Below are positions 1-10,790 of a stretch of DNA of 64,000 nucleotides, one piece after another. Source of the stretch: Eledone cirrhosa (Eukaryota); assembly GCA_964016885.1 (NCBI GenBank), contig OZ024747.1:37200001-37264000 (forward strand), given 5' to 3'. The first letter of the stretch is position 1. Each line of letters opens with the position of its first letter. Position numbers and translations under genes: made by a program. The notes below the pieces were generated by a model, which saw nothing but the letters and a program-made list of their open reading frames with translations, ran no database searches and had not been told where the DNA came from.

Positions 1-115
1 AAACCTTCCATCTCAATTTCACTTTTGAAAATTATAAGAACTGTGAAACTGGTAAAGTAAATAAATAAATATTCTTAAAATACTCCAGTGGCATTTTCAA
101 TTTCTTTTCCATATT

Positions 116-330
<215 letters not shown>

Positions 331-399
331 GTGGGTATATATATATATGTCCAGGTCTGTTGTTTTAACCTGATTAGTTCTTTCGTTGTTTTGGTATTG

Positions 400-565
400 T
401 ATGGTTGGGTTTTGCCTACCACAATTTTCAATGTGTCAAGCTATTTAAACGTAATGTTATTACTCTAAGGACCTACCCTTATTGAGTGCTTTGATACGCA
501 TTCCTTATAGTAGGTCAACTCTGCTTCGCCACAGCCAAAGCTTCGATTTTACTAAGCTTCCAATT
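400..565 (+). repeat. Dispersed repeat, second copy at ~43600-43755
   Basis: Shared blocks GTTATTACTCTAAGG, CCTTATTGAGTGC and CTTCGATTTTACTAA in both copies; both abut (TA)n. Confidence 0.75.
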
Positions 566-830
566 GAATATATATATATATAGATAGAAAGATAATAGAT
601 AGATAGATAGATAGATTTCTTTATTTACCATAAAGGCATAAAAAGAAGGGACAAATACAAAGGGGGAGTTTACATATAATCGAGTAAAAAGGGTGTAACA
701 TGAAAATAATCGAAAATAACCTCAAAAGGGAGGGGACGTGATGGGGGTTGCACACACCCCCGAAAAAGTGTGCAATCCTTTGCCCAGGGAGCACATGGAG
801 AAGGTGCTCCCCTCTCCTTTACTTCTTTAC

Positions 831-3800
831 CTACAGGATGGTATACAGAGAAGGCCCATTTACACGAGCCATTCTCGCCACTATCACCCACCTTTCATAA
901 AACTGCCTGTGGCCAAGCACCTCTCTCTCCATTCTTATCCTTCTTCCGAAGTGATATCGGAAGAAGTAGACCAGACTATGGCCAGAGAGGAAGTTGCCTG
1001 ACCTCAGACCTTTCAATCGTGTCCACCAAACAACCTCTTTCAACATGGCTATTACGCACAGAAAAACCGCCTTTGCTTCCTTTGTGAAGAGGGGAGGCGG
1101 TTTGATTGTCATCACGGACTCGGCTGTCAATTTAATCGGCGCCACCCGCGACAGCAGTTGTTCGGCGTAGCCCCACAGATCAGCCACGCCCGGACATTGC
1201 ACCAATGCGTGCGCCACGGTTTCTTCGTGACGCACGCATCTAGGGCAAATCTTTTTTGAGGGATCCCTGCCCGGGCGCCCGTGTCTGTAGAGCCTCTCTC
1301 GAACGGGTAGAGCCCCTCGGTAGCACTGCCAGGCCAGTGACTTCTGGAAGTTGTCCATTGGTCCTGGGCCGAAAGTCCTACCGAACAGGCTGGCCAGTTC
1401 GTCTTCTTCCATGTCCAGCGACTCTCCAAGGGTGTCATCGCCCCTGCTAGCCACCAGCCCTCTATAGAATGATGAGGTGGATTCTCCACCGATGGCCCGG
1501 CCCGCTTGCCAGAGAGCCCTGAGCGCCTGAGCACACTCAGTGTGCCAGTCTCCCAGTTTTCCGGATCTTTGCTTGACCCAGGACTGTAGCTCGGTGAGTG
1601 AGACGAGTCTCGGAAAGGCTCGTTTCACGAACGGAGCCCACACCGGTTGACCAGTGAGGAATACCTGTAGGTGCCGTAGCCTTAATGCGTGCCTACGCAT
1701 CATCAACCACGGCATCCCCAGCCCTCCTTTCGAAGGTTGTTGGCAGCAGATGGATCTTCTCACCATAGGAGGACGCTTCTTCCAAAGAAATTGGAAGAGC
1801 ATGCGTTCCATGGTGGTGAGTGTTTCCTTAGGGCAAGGCACGACAGTCAGGCGGTAGTAAGTGACGGACGCTATGTAAATGTTCGCCACCTCCGCCCGGC
1901 CTTTTAGGGACAGCTTACACTTGGCCCATTTCTGGGTTAGTGCAAACACCTTGTTCGTAACCTCGTTCCAGTTCTTTTCCACCTGGAGGTCCGGTCCAAA
2001 CCAGACCCCAAGCAACTTTACCGGGCCCTCCGTCCAGTGTCCGACGACACCATCGGGAGGCATCGGTCTGCCTCTCCACGTTCCGAGTTGCAGCCCGATG
2101 GATTTTTCCCGGTTCAGTTTCGCTCCTGACAACCTTTCGTACTCCTCCAGTAAGGTACCGATCGCCTCGATCTCCGAGTCGGTTGATACCATTACTGTTA
2201 CGTCATCGGCGTAGGCCGACACCGCTTTGCTCAATCCTGGTTCCAGGGGGATACCCTGCAACAACTCCAACTTCCTCAGTAAAGGCTCGAGAGTCAATAC
2301 GTACAGAAGGGAGGAGAGAGGGCACCCCTGTCGAATGGATCGTGTGATTTCGAACGGCTTCGAAAGGTAGCCGTTCACCTTGATCCTAGAACAGATGTGG
2401 TTGCTATGTAGGGCAGTGATCCAGCCTCTGAAAACAGGACCGAACCCAGCCGCCGCTAGCACCGCATCCAGGTAACCATGGTCGACCCTATCGAATGCCT
2501 TAGACTGATCCAAGTTGATCAGGGCCCCACCGAAGCCGGGTTTGTTGCCAACCCTCTCTATGATGTATCGCATGAGGTGGAGGTTATCGTGAATGGACCT
2601 GGATGGGATAGCACATGTCTGCGCATCTCCCACCAGGCCACCCACGACAAGCGCCAACCTCTTTGCTAACACCTTGGCCAAAATCTTTAACTCTGTGTTT
2701 AGCAGGGTTATGGGCCGAAAATTATTTATACTATCCCCCTTGTTCTCGTCCTTCCTCACCAGCGTGACTACGCCCTTGGCTACAGAACAAGGAATTCTCC
2801 CGTTCTGCTGCCAATTGCAGTAGACCGCTTCGAGGAGTTCGGAGAAGAAGACCGGCATTGCTAAATAAAGTTCGTAAGGTATACCATCGAGACCTGGAGA
2901 TTTGCGTCTGCTGCATTGGCTCAGCGCATCTCCGATCTCATCAGCCGAGATTGGTCCTTCGCAGGACTCTGCCTCTTTGCTCGAGAGACGCGGCAGGCCG
3001 TCGAGGTATGGACCGAAATCCACGCCCCGGCCCGGACCCTCGCCTCCCCCGAACAATCGGGCAAAGTGCTTTTGAAAGGCCTCGCACATCTGCTTAGGCT
3101 CCCGGATCACTCGTCCATCTTCGTCTTGCAACGACCGGATGGTGGATCGATTTCCACTTTTAGCTTCTGTCACGCGGGCCCATCCAACGGCTTTGGCCCC
3201 CTCATTACCTAGAGCACGTATTTTACTTCGAATGACGCAGCCTTCATGCTTTGCATCGAAAAACTGGTTCAAGGCCGTCCTCGATGCCAGCACTCTGGCC
3301 ACATCTTCGCTCTTGATTGCCTCTTCTAATTTACCTGTTAATTCTTTCTCGTTTCTATTCCTATTGGCAGCTAACATCTTGCTATAACTTATTGATTCTG
3401 TTCTAATCTCTCTTTTGAGAGATGCCCACCATCGGTTGTTGACGATTGCACCCGTCAACCTCTCCTTAACTAATCTGCTAATCCGGTTTCTGTAAGTCTC
3501 TTTTGCCGGTAAAGACAAATTAAGTTTCCAGTAACCGGGACCCTGTCTATGTGTTTTCTCGAGATTGACCACGCAGGTCACTAATTTGTGATCCGTGTAG
3601 CCAACCGTGCGCATTTCTGGACAGCTTAATATGTCCCTATCCTTACTTCTAACTAAGAATCTATCTAAGTACGATCTAGATTGACCACTGTGGTTTCTCC
3701 AAGTCCAGGTAGGCACAGTTGGAAAATCTAGTCGATATCTATCGACCAAGTTAAAACGGTCGAGTAACCCCTTGAGGCTGTTACACCCCCCTCTATTAGG

Positions 3801-4268
3801 ACATGCTCCTGCATAGTCCCAACGTGCATCCAGGATGTCATTCCAATCCCCCGCTAGAAGCAGGGAACGCGACGTTCCCAGAAAAGTCTCCAAACGCTGG
3901 AAGAAGTCGGGCCGTTCAGCTCCGAAAGGGGAGTAGACGGCGACCAGTCTCAAGGCCGCACTTTCACTACTGCCAACGTCTAGCACCAACAAACGACCCT
4001 CCGGGTCCGAGTGCACAACCTGTACGGCAAGACCCAGGTGTTTTTGCAGCAGCACGACAACCCCACCCCCACCTCCAGGTTGACAGAGAGATGCATGCAC
4101 CTCAAAGTCATCGAAGGTGGGGGCCAGCTGCCGCATGACGCTGATTCGAGTCTCACAGATAACCATTACATTTATACTACATGACCTGAGGTCATTTAGA
4201 AGCTTTGCTTGCTTCCAAGTTGAGCCCAGGCCACGTGCATTCAAACATCCTACTCTTAACACATCCAT
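831..4268 (-). CDS. E1 ORF2: APE endonuclease, reverse transcriptase and C-terminal Cys/His zinc motif (1145 aa)
   Basis: EN motifs LNARGL, ET, GDWN, YLDRF, TDH; RT motifs FRPITLLN, DQSKAFD, RQGCPLS, YADD; C-terminal CPRC..ETVAHALVQC. Confidence 0.97.
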   Translation of the reverse strand: MDVLRVGCLNARGLGSTWKQAKLLNDLRSCSINVMVICETRISVMRQLAPTFDDFEVHASLCQPGGGGGVVVLLQKHLGLAVQVVHSDPEGRLLVLDVGSSESAALRLVAVYSPFGAERPDFFQRLETFLGTSRSLLLAGDWNDILDARWDYAGACPNRGGCNSLKGLLDRFNLVDRYRLDFPTVPTWTWRNHSGQSRSYLDRFLVRSKDRDILSCPEMRTVGYTDHKLVTCVVNLEKTHRQGPGYWKLNLSLPAKETYRNRISRLVKERLTGAIVNNRWWASLKREIRTESISYSKMLAANRNRNEKELTGKLEEAIKSEDVARVLASRTALNQFFDAKHEGCVIRSKIRALGNEGAKAVGWARVTEAKSGNRSTIRSLQDEDGRVIREPKQMCEAFQKHFARLFGGGEGPGRGVDFGPYLDGLPRLSSKEAESCEGPISADEIGDALSQCSRRKSPGLDGIPYELYLAMPVFFSELLEAVYCNWQQNGRIPCSVAKGVVTLVRKDENKGDSINNFRPITLLNTELKILAKVLAKRLALVVGGLVGDAQTCAIPSRSIHDNLHLMRYIIERVGNKPGFGGALINLDQSKAFDRVDHGYLDAVLAAAGFGPVFRGWITALHSNHICSRIKVNGYLSKPFEITRSIRQGCPLSSLLYVLTLEPLLRKLELLQGIPLEPGLSKAVSAYADDVTVMVSTDSEIEAIGTLLEEYERLSGAKLNREKSIGLQLGTWRGRPMPPDGVVGHWTEGPVKLLGVWFGPDLQVEKNWNEVTNKVFALTQKWAKCKLSLKGRAEVANIYIASVTYYRLTVVPCPKETLTTMERMLFQFLWKKRPPMVRRSICCQQPSKGGLGMPWLMMRRHALRLRHLQVFLTGQPVWAPFVKRAFPRLVSLTELQSWVKQRSGKLGDWHTECAQALRALWQAGRAIGGESTSSFYRGLVASRGDDTLGESLDMEEDELASLFGRTFGPGPMDNFQKSLAWQCYRGALPVRERLYRHGRPGRDPSKKICPRCVRHEETVAHALVQCPGVADLWGYAEQLLSRVAPIKLTAESVMTIKPPPLFTKEAKAVFLCVIAMLKEVVWWTRLKGLRSGNFLSGHSLVYFFRYHFGRRIRMEREVLGHRQFYERWVIVARMARVNGPSLYTIL

Positions 4269-4301
4269 GTGGGCGGCAGAGCCAAAGGAGAGTGTAGAGA
4301 C

Positions 4302-6179
4302 CTACCTTTCCGCTTCCCGGGGTTCGGGTTGCACGACTTCCATGGGGTCGGGGGTGTTGGGTGAAGGGGTGTCTTGTGGTGGTGTGGGGTCGTCGGTGTG
4401 TGGTGGGGTTGGGGTGTTTGGAGTTGTGTTGGGGAGGGGAAGGGGAGGGGGAAAGCTTTTTAGTAGGACGCGGTTTATGGGTTTGACAGAGGGTGGTCCT
4501 ACGTCCTCCTTAAAATCCTTTTTTAGTTTTTGGTAGAGGTTCATTGGGATTTTTATTAGTTTTAAATGTGGGTGGTTTTCTGAAGAAACAAAGTTTACAC
4601 CTTCGGTTTGTACCGAAGGATTATTGTATATGAGTTCATTTAATTTATTATTGTTTCTGTTGATGTAAGTATAGTGTAGTGTCTTTTTTTCCGATGGTGT
4701 GAGTGTTTCGAAGAGGGGAGGGGCAGGTTTGGTTTTGTTTGTTGCTGGAGGGGTGTTTTCTGTTTTGTTAGATTGTGTTGCGATTTGGGTGGGGGTTGTT
4801 TGTCCTTGTGTGTTTTGCACATGTTTTCTTTTTTTCCTTTTAATCTGTCTGAAGGACTCCGTTTCTTCCTCCGAATTCGTTGGGTTATCTTCAGTGTTGG
4901 AGGGAAGAGGTATGTTTGCTGGTAATGTTTCCGTGTTGGTTTTCTTTGTGGGGGAGATGGATGTCACTATGTTAGACTGTGTTGTGTGTTGTGTCTGCGG
5001 TGGTTGTGTTGTTTTATTGAGTGAGAGGTTGGGTGGGCCTGTATTTTGTTTTGGGGTAATGTGTTGTGACTGTTTGTGTTGTGGTGGTGTTGTGGTGTTA
5101 CTGAGGGACGGGTTGGGTGGGACTGAGTTTTGTTGTTTGTTTATCTGTTGTGGTGGTGGTGGTGGAGCTGGTGTTGGTAGCAGGGTTTTCTTTTTGTTGA
5201 GTTGGGGACAAGCGGCCTTCAGGTGCCCTCTGCCTGCACAGATATGGCAGGACGGCCTTCTCCCCTCCACGCTAATGTTTATATACCCGTGGTCCTCTAA
5301 TAGGATTCTGTCGGGTATTTGGGCGATGCGTTCAGGCTTCATTTGTACTACCAGCTCTATACCTGTTCCACTGAACGCATTGCCTGTGGTTTTCCCAATG
5401 GAAATCACGTTGTCATTCACTGGATCGATGAAGCCAGCTATGAGCCAGCAGTAGTCCACATCTGGCATCATTGCATCCAGCCATATGCGTTGAGTTTTTT
5501 TTCCCATATAAGATGGATAAAAGGTGAAATTTTTCGAACGAATCGGTGACAAAGCACATTTTTTTGCCGCCGATTCGTTCTTCATGATAATTGCTAGGCT
5601 TCCATACAGTCTGTCTTTTCTTATGAAAGTTGTTTCATTCAGTACTTCTGCGAGTACTGTTTTGATATCTGCTTGAGAAGGCTGTTCAGGTTTTTTTGTA
5701 CTGTTGTTGATGGTCCGAAACTTGACCGTTCGGCTTTCAATGTCTTTCGTGAATTCTTGAGGCATTTTTACCAATAAAATACCATTCTCACCTTCACTTA
5801 TGTATTGTTTTGCGTCCGTGATCCTTCGTACCACATCTGAAATGTTTTCCGCTATATAAGTCAAAGATTTCTTTGTTTTCTGTGCAAATGAAGTCTTGTC
5901 GTCTGCTTTGTTTTCTGATATTATGTTATTTTCAACTGTTATTTTTTTGTTTGTTGTGTCTTTGTTTGTGTTATTAGTATTGTCATGCAATTTTTCAAAT
6001 TTTTTTTCTTCGTTGTTTTCGACATTTAATTTTTTCTCCGCAGATTCGTCCGTTTTTATTTTCATTTTTTCTTCCTTCTCTATGACGTTAGTTGGGAAGG
6101 AAGGGAGGACTAAAGCGTGCGAGCTTACAACTCTTACCGCTGTCCCCCCACCACTATTTTCGTTCGCTGCGTTTAACAT
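4302..6179 (-). CDS. E1 ORF1: nucleic-acid-binding protein with CCHC zinc knuckle (625 aa)
   Basis: CHICAGRGHLKAAC knuckle; upstream of ORF2; homologous to ORF1 of E3/E4. Confidence 0.9.
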   Translation of the reverse strand: MLNAANENSGGGTAVRVVSSHALVLPSFPTNVIEKEEKMKIKTDESAEKKLNVENNEEKKFEKLHDNTNNTNKDTTNKKITVENNIISENKADDKTSFAQKTKKSLTYIAENISDVVRRITDAKQYISEGENGILLVKMPQEFTKDIESRTVKFRTINNSTKKPEQPSQADIKTVLAEVLNETTFIRKDRLYGSLAIIMKNESAAKKCALSPIRSKNFTFYPSYMGKKTQRIWLDAMMPDVDYCWLIAGFIDPVNDNVISIGKTTGNAFSGTGIELVVQMKPERIAQIPDRILLEDHGYINISVEGRRPSCHICAGRGHLKAACPQLNKKKTLLPTPAPPPPPQQINKQQNSVPPNPSLSNTTTPPQHKQSQHITPKQNTGPPNLSLNKTTQPPQTQHTTQSNIVTSISPTKKTNTETLPANIPLPSNTEDNPTNSEEETESFRQIKRKKRKHVQNTQGQTTPTQIATQSNKTENTPPATNKTKPAPPLFETLTPSEKKTLHYTYINRNNNKLNELIYNNPSVQTEGVNFVSSENHPHLKLIKIPMNLYQKLKKDFKEDVGPPSVKPINRVLLKSFPPPLPLPNTTPNTPTPPHTDDPTPPQDTPSPNTPDPMEVVQPEPREAER

Positions 6180-6413
6180 TTCTGTTAGACGATTGAAATT
6201 TTTTACACAAAATTTTTTTTAAAACAGGTTTTTCGCCTCTAGGAGGGGTAAAGATGAGCTGACCCACCGCCTGACAGTTCAGACGGAGGGTCAAGCTACA
6301 CAATTGTATCAAAATTAAGTTTGAACTCACAAAATTTCCTCAATAAATTTGAACAAAACTTCTGTGCGAAGTGAATGACATCCACACTGTAGAACAGACG
6401 ACAGCTAGATTAT

Positions 6414-6459
<46 letters not shown>

Positions 6460-6696
6460 CATATTCATTTATGTTCAGTGGTTCACCAATGAGTAGAACT
6501 GGTCAATCCTTACAATAAACCATGATGTAATTGTGAGAAAAGCATTCAACTTTATAAAACTCATCCATCGTAGATGTTCAATCTCGTGGCTGGTGCAGGA
6601 GCGGAGTTAAATATTTATTTAATTAAAACAACAGAAGGCCGGCCTTGAAATAGCTCTTTAAAGTTTTTATATTGCCAAAAAAACATTATATATATT

Positions 6697-6745
6697 TCAA
6701 TGACCTTGTTTCGTAAGACCCTGGCGACATCATCAGGTTTGAATT
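6697..6745 (-). ncRNA. Hammerhead-ribozyme-like core
   Basis: Minus strand CTGATGA..CGAAAC-aag-GTC with TTCAA/TTGAA flanks; stem II weak. Confidence 0.4.
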
Positions 6746-6791
6746 GTATGATTAGTTAATCAATAATGATTAACTAATCAATAATGATTAA

Positions 6792-6864
<73 letters not shown>

Positions 6865-6865
<1 letters not shown>

Positions 6866-7100
6866 TTTATTAAAATAACAGATTAAGTTGAAGCAAAGAA
6901 TCGCTGCTTTCACCCTTAACGGGATCTTCTAAAATTAACAAAGTCAATCTGTGAACGCAGAAGTGAATATTTCAAAAAACGTTGCAACCGGGGGAAGACA
7001 GGAAGACGATACTTTGGTTCGTGGAACGTTCCCTGGCAAAGAACGGGAAAAAACGAATATAATACGTCATTATTTGGAGCGGTAAAAAACAATTACACGC
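6865..7100 (-). repeat. Dispersed repeat, possibly Penelope pLTR-like; inverted copy at ~52420-52660
   Basis: Reverse complement aligns over ~230 bp (GGTTGCAACGTTTTTTGAAATAT..TTCTGCGTTCACAGATTGACTTT..GAAAGCAGCGATTCTTTGCTT). Confidence 0.8.
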
Positions 7101-7118
7101 AAAGACAAAACCACGTTA

Positions 7119-10100
7119 GGCACCTGGAGACCTTTCTGTGTACGTCTCGCCCTTTACTGTTAGCGGGGGACTGGAATGGCATCTTAGACGCGCGCTGGGA
7201 TTGTGTGGGAGTAGCCTATAGGAGGGGGGTGCAAAAGCCTCAAGCACCTACTCAGCCAGTTCCAACTGTCTGACAGGTATCGACTAGATTTCCCCAATGT
7301 GCCAGTATGGACATGGTCCAACCGAATGGGGTCATCTAGATCGTATATAGACAGGATCTTCATTAGGAAAATAGATAGAAATATTGTAGGCTGCCCACTT
7401 TTTAAAACGGTCGCCTATTCAGATCACAAATGTGTGATCTGTACGGTCGACCTAGAGAAAACGCGTAGGTTAGGACCTGGTTACTGGAAGTTGAACATGT
7501 CATTTCCGGCACGTAAGGCTTACAAGAACCGAGTCAACAATTTAGTTAAGCAAAAGTTGACAGGGGGGATCATCAACAACAGATGGTGGGGGGGGGGGGC
7601 TCTCAAAAGAGAGATAAGAGTAACTTCGATAGAGTTCAGCAAAGAACTAGCGTTAGAGAAAAATAGTAAGGAGAGGGAGCTGGTAGATAAGTTAGACGAG
7701 GCTATTGGTAGTGGCATTGCAACTGACGTGCTAGCGGCGAGAATGGCATTAGACCATTTCTTCAATGCGAAACACGAAGGTTGCATTGTCAGAGCTAAGG
7801 CACGTGCGCTGAGAAACGAGGGAACCAAAGCTGTTCGATGGGCCCGCGTGGCGGAGGCGCAGCGTGGTAATAAAACCACAATTCGGTCTTTGACGGACCG
7901 AGACGGACACGAGATAAGCGATTCCAAGCGGGTGTGTGAGGCCTTTCGCCAGCATTTTGCTCGGTTGTTCACGGAGAGTGACGAGTCAGAGAGAGTAGCG
8001 GATTTCAGTCCCCACCTTGACGGCTTGCCGCGCATCTCGACGGTCGACGCCGAGCGCTGCGAAAGGCCGATTACTTCAGCCGAAATTCAGGACGCCCTTG
8101 TCGGCTGCATGAATCGCAAGTCACCCTGTTTGGATGGCCTGCCCTACGAGCTTTACGTAAATATGCCAAACTTGTTCTCCGATCTCCTCGAAGCACTCTA
8201 CTGCAACTGGCAGCACAATGGGAGTATTCCCAGTTCTGTGAGCAGGGAGTGGTGACGCTGATAAGGAAAGACGAGAACAAGAGGGATACATTAGACAACT
8301 AGGCCCATAACTCTGCTCAACACAGAGTTTAAGATTTTGGCCAAGGTGTTAGCAAAGAGATTGGCGCTTGTCGTCGAGGATTTGGTTGGGGAGGCGCAAA
8401 CTTGCGCAATCCCAGCCAGGTCCATACACGACAATCTCCACCTCATGCAATACATCATAGAGAATGTAGGGTGTAAACCTGGCTTCGGTGGGGCACTGAT
8501 CAATTTAGATCAATCGAAAGCATTCGATAGGATCGACCATCGGTATCTGGAGTTTGTCCTCAAAGCAGCTGGCTTCGGCCCTGTCTTCAGAAGCTGGATC
8601 GCTGCAATACACAGCGGTACTTGCTCGTTGGGCAAAGTTAATGGCCACCCCTCGGAACCATTTCGGCTCTCCCGATCGGTCCGTCAAGGGTGCCCTCTCT
8701 CTTCCCTTCTGTACGTATTGACTCCCGAGCCTTTACTGCGGAAGCTGGAGCTATTGCAGGGCATCCAGCTCGAACCGGGACGTGGAAAGGCGGTGTCGGC
8801 TTATGCGGAGGACATCACCGTGATGGTGTCGAACACCTCAGAAATTGAGGTGGTCGGCACCTTATTGAAGGAATATGAAAGGTTGACAGGAGCCAAACTT
8901 AACCCGGAAAAGTCGGTGGGCTTGCAGCTCGGTACCTGGAAAGGCAAGCCCAACAGCGTCGTGGGGCGCTAGACGGACGGACCGGTAAAGTTGCTCGGGG
9001 TTTGGTTCAGACCAGACATCCAGGTGGAAAAGAATTGGGACAAGGTAACGAGCAGAGTAGCCAGTCTCACCCAAAAATGGGCTGGGAGGAAGCTATCACT
9101 GAAAGGTCGCGCGGAGGTGGCGAATGCGTACATCGCGTCCGTCATCTACTACCGCCTGACCGTCGTGCCTTGTCCCCGTCCGCGCCTCGTCAAGTTGGAA
9201 CGGCTCCTCTTCAAATTCTTGTGGAGGGGACAAATTCCGTTGGTGAGGCGGTCCATCTGCTGCCAGCACCCTCTACGCGAAGGGCTGGGCTTGCCGTGGC
9301 TAGGACACTCCAGTTATTCTGCCGAAACGGTGAACAGGTGTGGTCGCCGTTTATCAGAGACTGGGTGACTGGCACCTGGAATGTTGACAGGCACTCACTG
9401 CCCTCTACCAAGCGAGCAATGCAATCAGTGAAACTTCCACTCTCGAGTTCTATAGAGGATTAGTGGTGGGAAGTGCGATGACGCACTCGGAGAAGCTTTA
9501 GACCACGACGAAGTCGAACTGACCAGTCTGTACCGGAGGACTTTCGAGCCGGGCACGATGGACAATTTCCAGAAATCCCTCGCTTGGCAGTGCTACCGGG
9601 GGAGCACTGCCGGTTCGGGATAAACTCTACAGACACGGAAGTGCTGTCAGACGGACCTGCCCATGATGCGCACAGAACGACGAAACCGTTCTGCATGCAC
9701 TTGTCCAATGTCCGTGCATTACTGACTTATGGAGTTATGTCGAACAGCTACTGTCGCGTGTGGAACGAATCCGGCTATCGGTCGAGTCCATAGTGAAGAT
9801 CGACCCGCCGCCTTCCTTAGGTCAGGAAGAGCAGGAAATGTTCCTCTGTCTGGTGGCAGTTGCGAAAGAGGTTATATGATGGACCAGATTAAAAGGACTG
9901 AAGACAGAAACTTTTCTCTTCGGCCAATCCCTCATCAACTTCTTAAAGTTTCACCTGGAAAGAAAGGTGAGGGTGGAGAGAGAAGTGCTTCCCCCCAGTA
10001 CATTTGCTAAAAGGTGGATGAATGTGGCGAGAATGGTCCATGTGAATGGGCCTACTCTGACCATGCGCCTATAGGCTAGCTAACTTGAGGAGAGGGGCTG

Positions 10101-10353
10101 CTCTCCTTGGGTGCCCTAGAAGTGCAGGGTGGTTCAGGATTGGTGGGGTACCCGAGTGACCCCAGGGTCCCCCCCCCCCTATCGGGGAATTTATTTTGTT
10201 ATATTTATGCATAGTTTATTTTATATTTTCATATCTTCATTGTTAAATTAGTCTTGCCATTGTGCACTTTACTCGACCTTATTGTAAACCCCCACTGTCC
10301 CTGTCTTTGTATTGTCCCCTACATGTCGGCCCTTGTGGCTAATAAATGAAATC
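7119..10353 (+). mobile_element. E2: 5'-truncated, decayed Tx1-like element (E4 family)
   Basis: Fragmented ORF2 (7299-8255, 8337-8972, 8991-9368) with YAED in place of YADD; ends AATAAATGAAATC(ATT)n. Confidence 0.93.
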
Positions 10354-10552
10354 ATTATTATTATTATTATTGTTCTTTAATAATAATAATAATGATTTCA
10401 TTTATTAGCCACAAGGGCCGACATGTAGGGGACAATACAAAGACAGGGACAGTGGGGGTTTAGAATAAGGTCGAGTAAAAGTGCACAATGGCAAGACTAA
10501 TTTAACAATGAAGATATGAAAATATAAAATAAACTATGCATAAATATAACAT
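10195..10552. repeat. Near-perfect inverted repeat with ~170 bp arms (E2 3'UTR and its reverse complement)
   Basis: 10379-10552 is the reverse complement of ~10195-10367 with about two differences. Confidence 0.95.
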
Positions 10553-10577
10553 AAATAATTATTATTATTATTGTGCT

Positions 10578-10777
10578 TTAGGGCGGTGGATTGGCAGTAT
10601 CGGTAGAGGGTCGGACGCCATGCTTTCCAGCATAGTTACGTCTCTTTACGATCTGAGTTCAAATCCCGCCGAGGTTGACTTTGCCTTTCATCATTACGGG
10701 GTCGATAAAATAAAGTACCAGTAATGCACTGAGTAATTGCTGGCCTTGTGCCTAAAGTAAAAAAAAAAATAAAAAAA
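10578..10777 (+). mobile_element. SINE (tRNA-derived type, octopus-like)
   Basis: A-box-like TGGCAGTATCGG, B-box GAGTTCAAATCCC, body GCCGAGGTTGACTTTGCCTTTCATC, 3' GGCCTTGTGCC then (ATT)n; other copies in window. Confidence 0.85.
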
Positions 10778-10790
10778 TATTATTATTATT

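Larger units (their letters stand above)
617..6405 (-). mobile_element. E1: full-length, apparently intact Tx1-like non-LTR retrotransposon inserted in (GATA)n
   Basis: Two uninterrupted ORFs; 3' end AATAAAGAAATC runs into (TATC)n at 581-616; 5' end abuts (GATA)n at 6406-6460. Confidence 0.95.

Noticed and set aside
10585-10670. tRNA gene
   Set aside because: A/B boxes belong to a repeated SINE head; no cloverleaf supported
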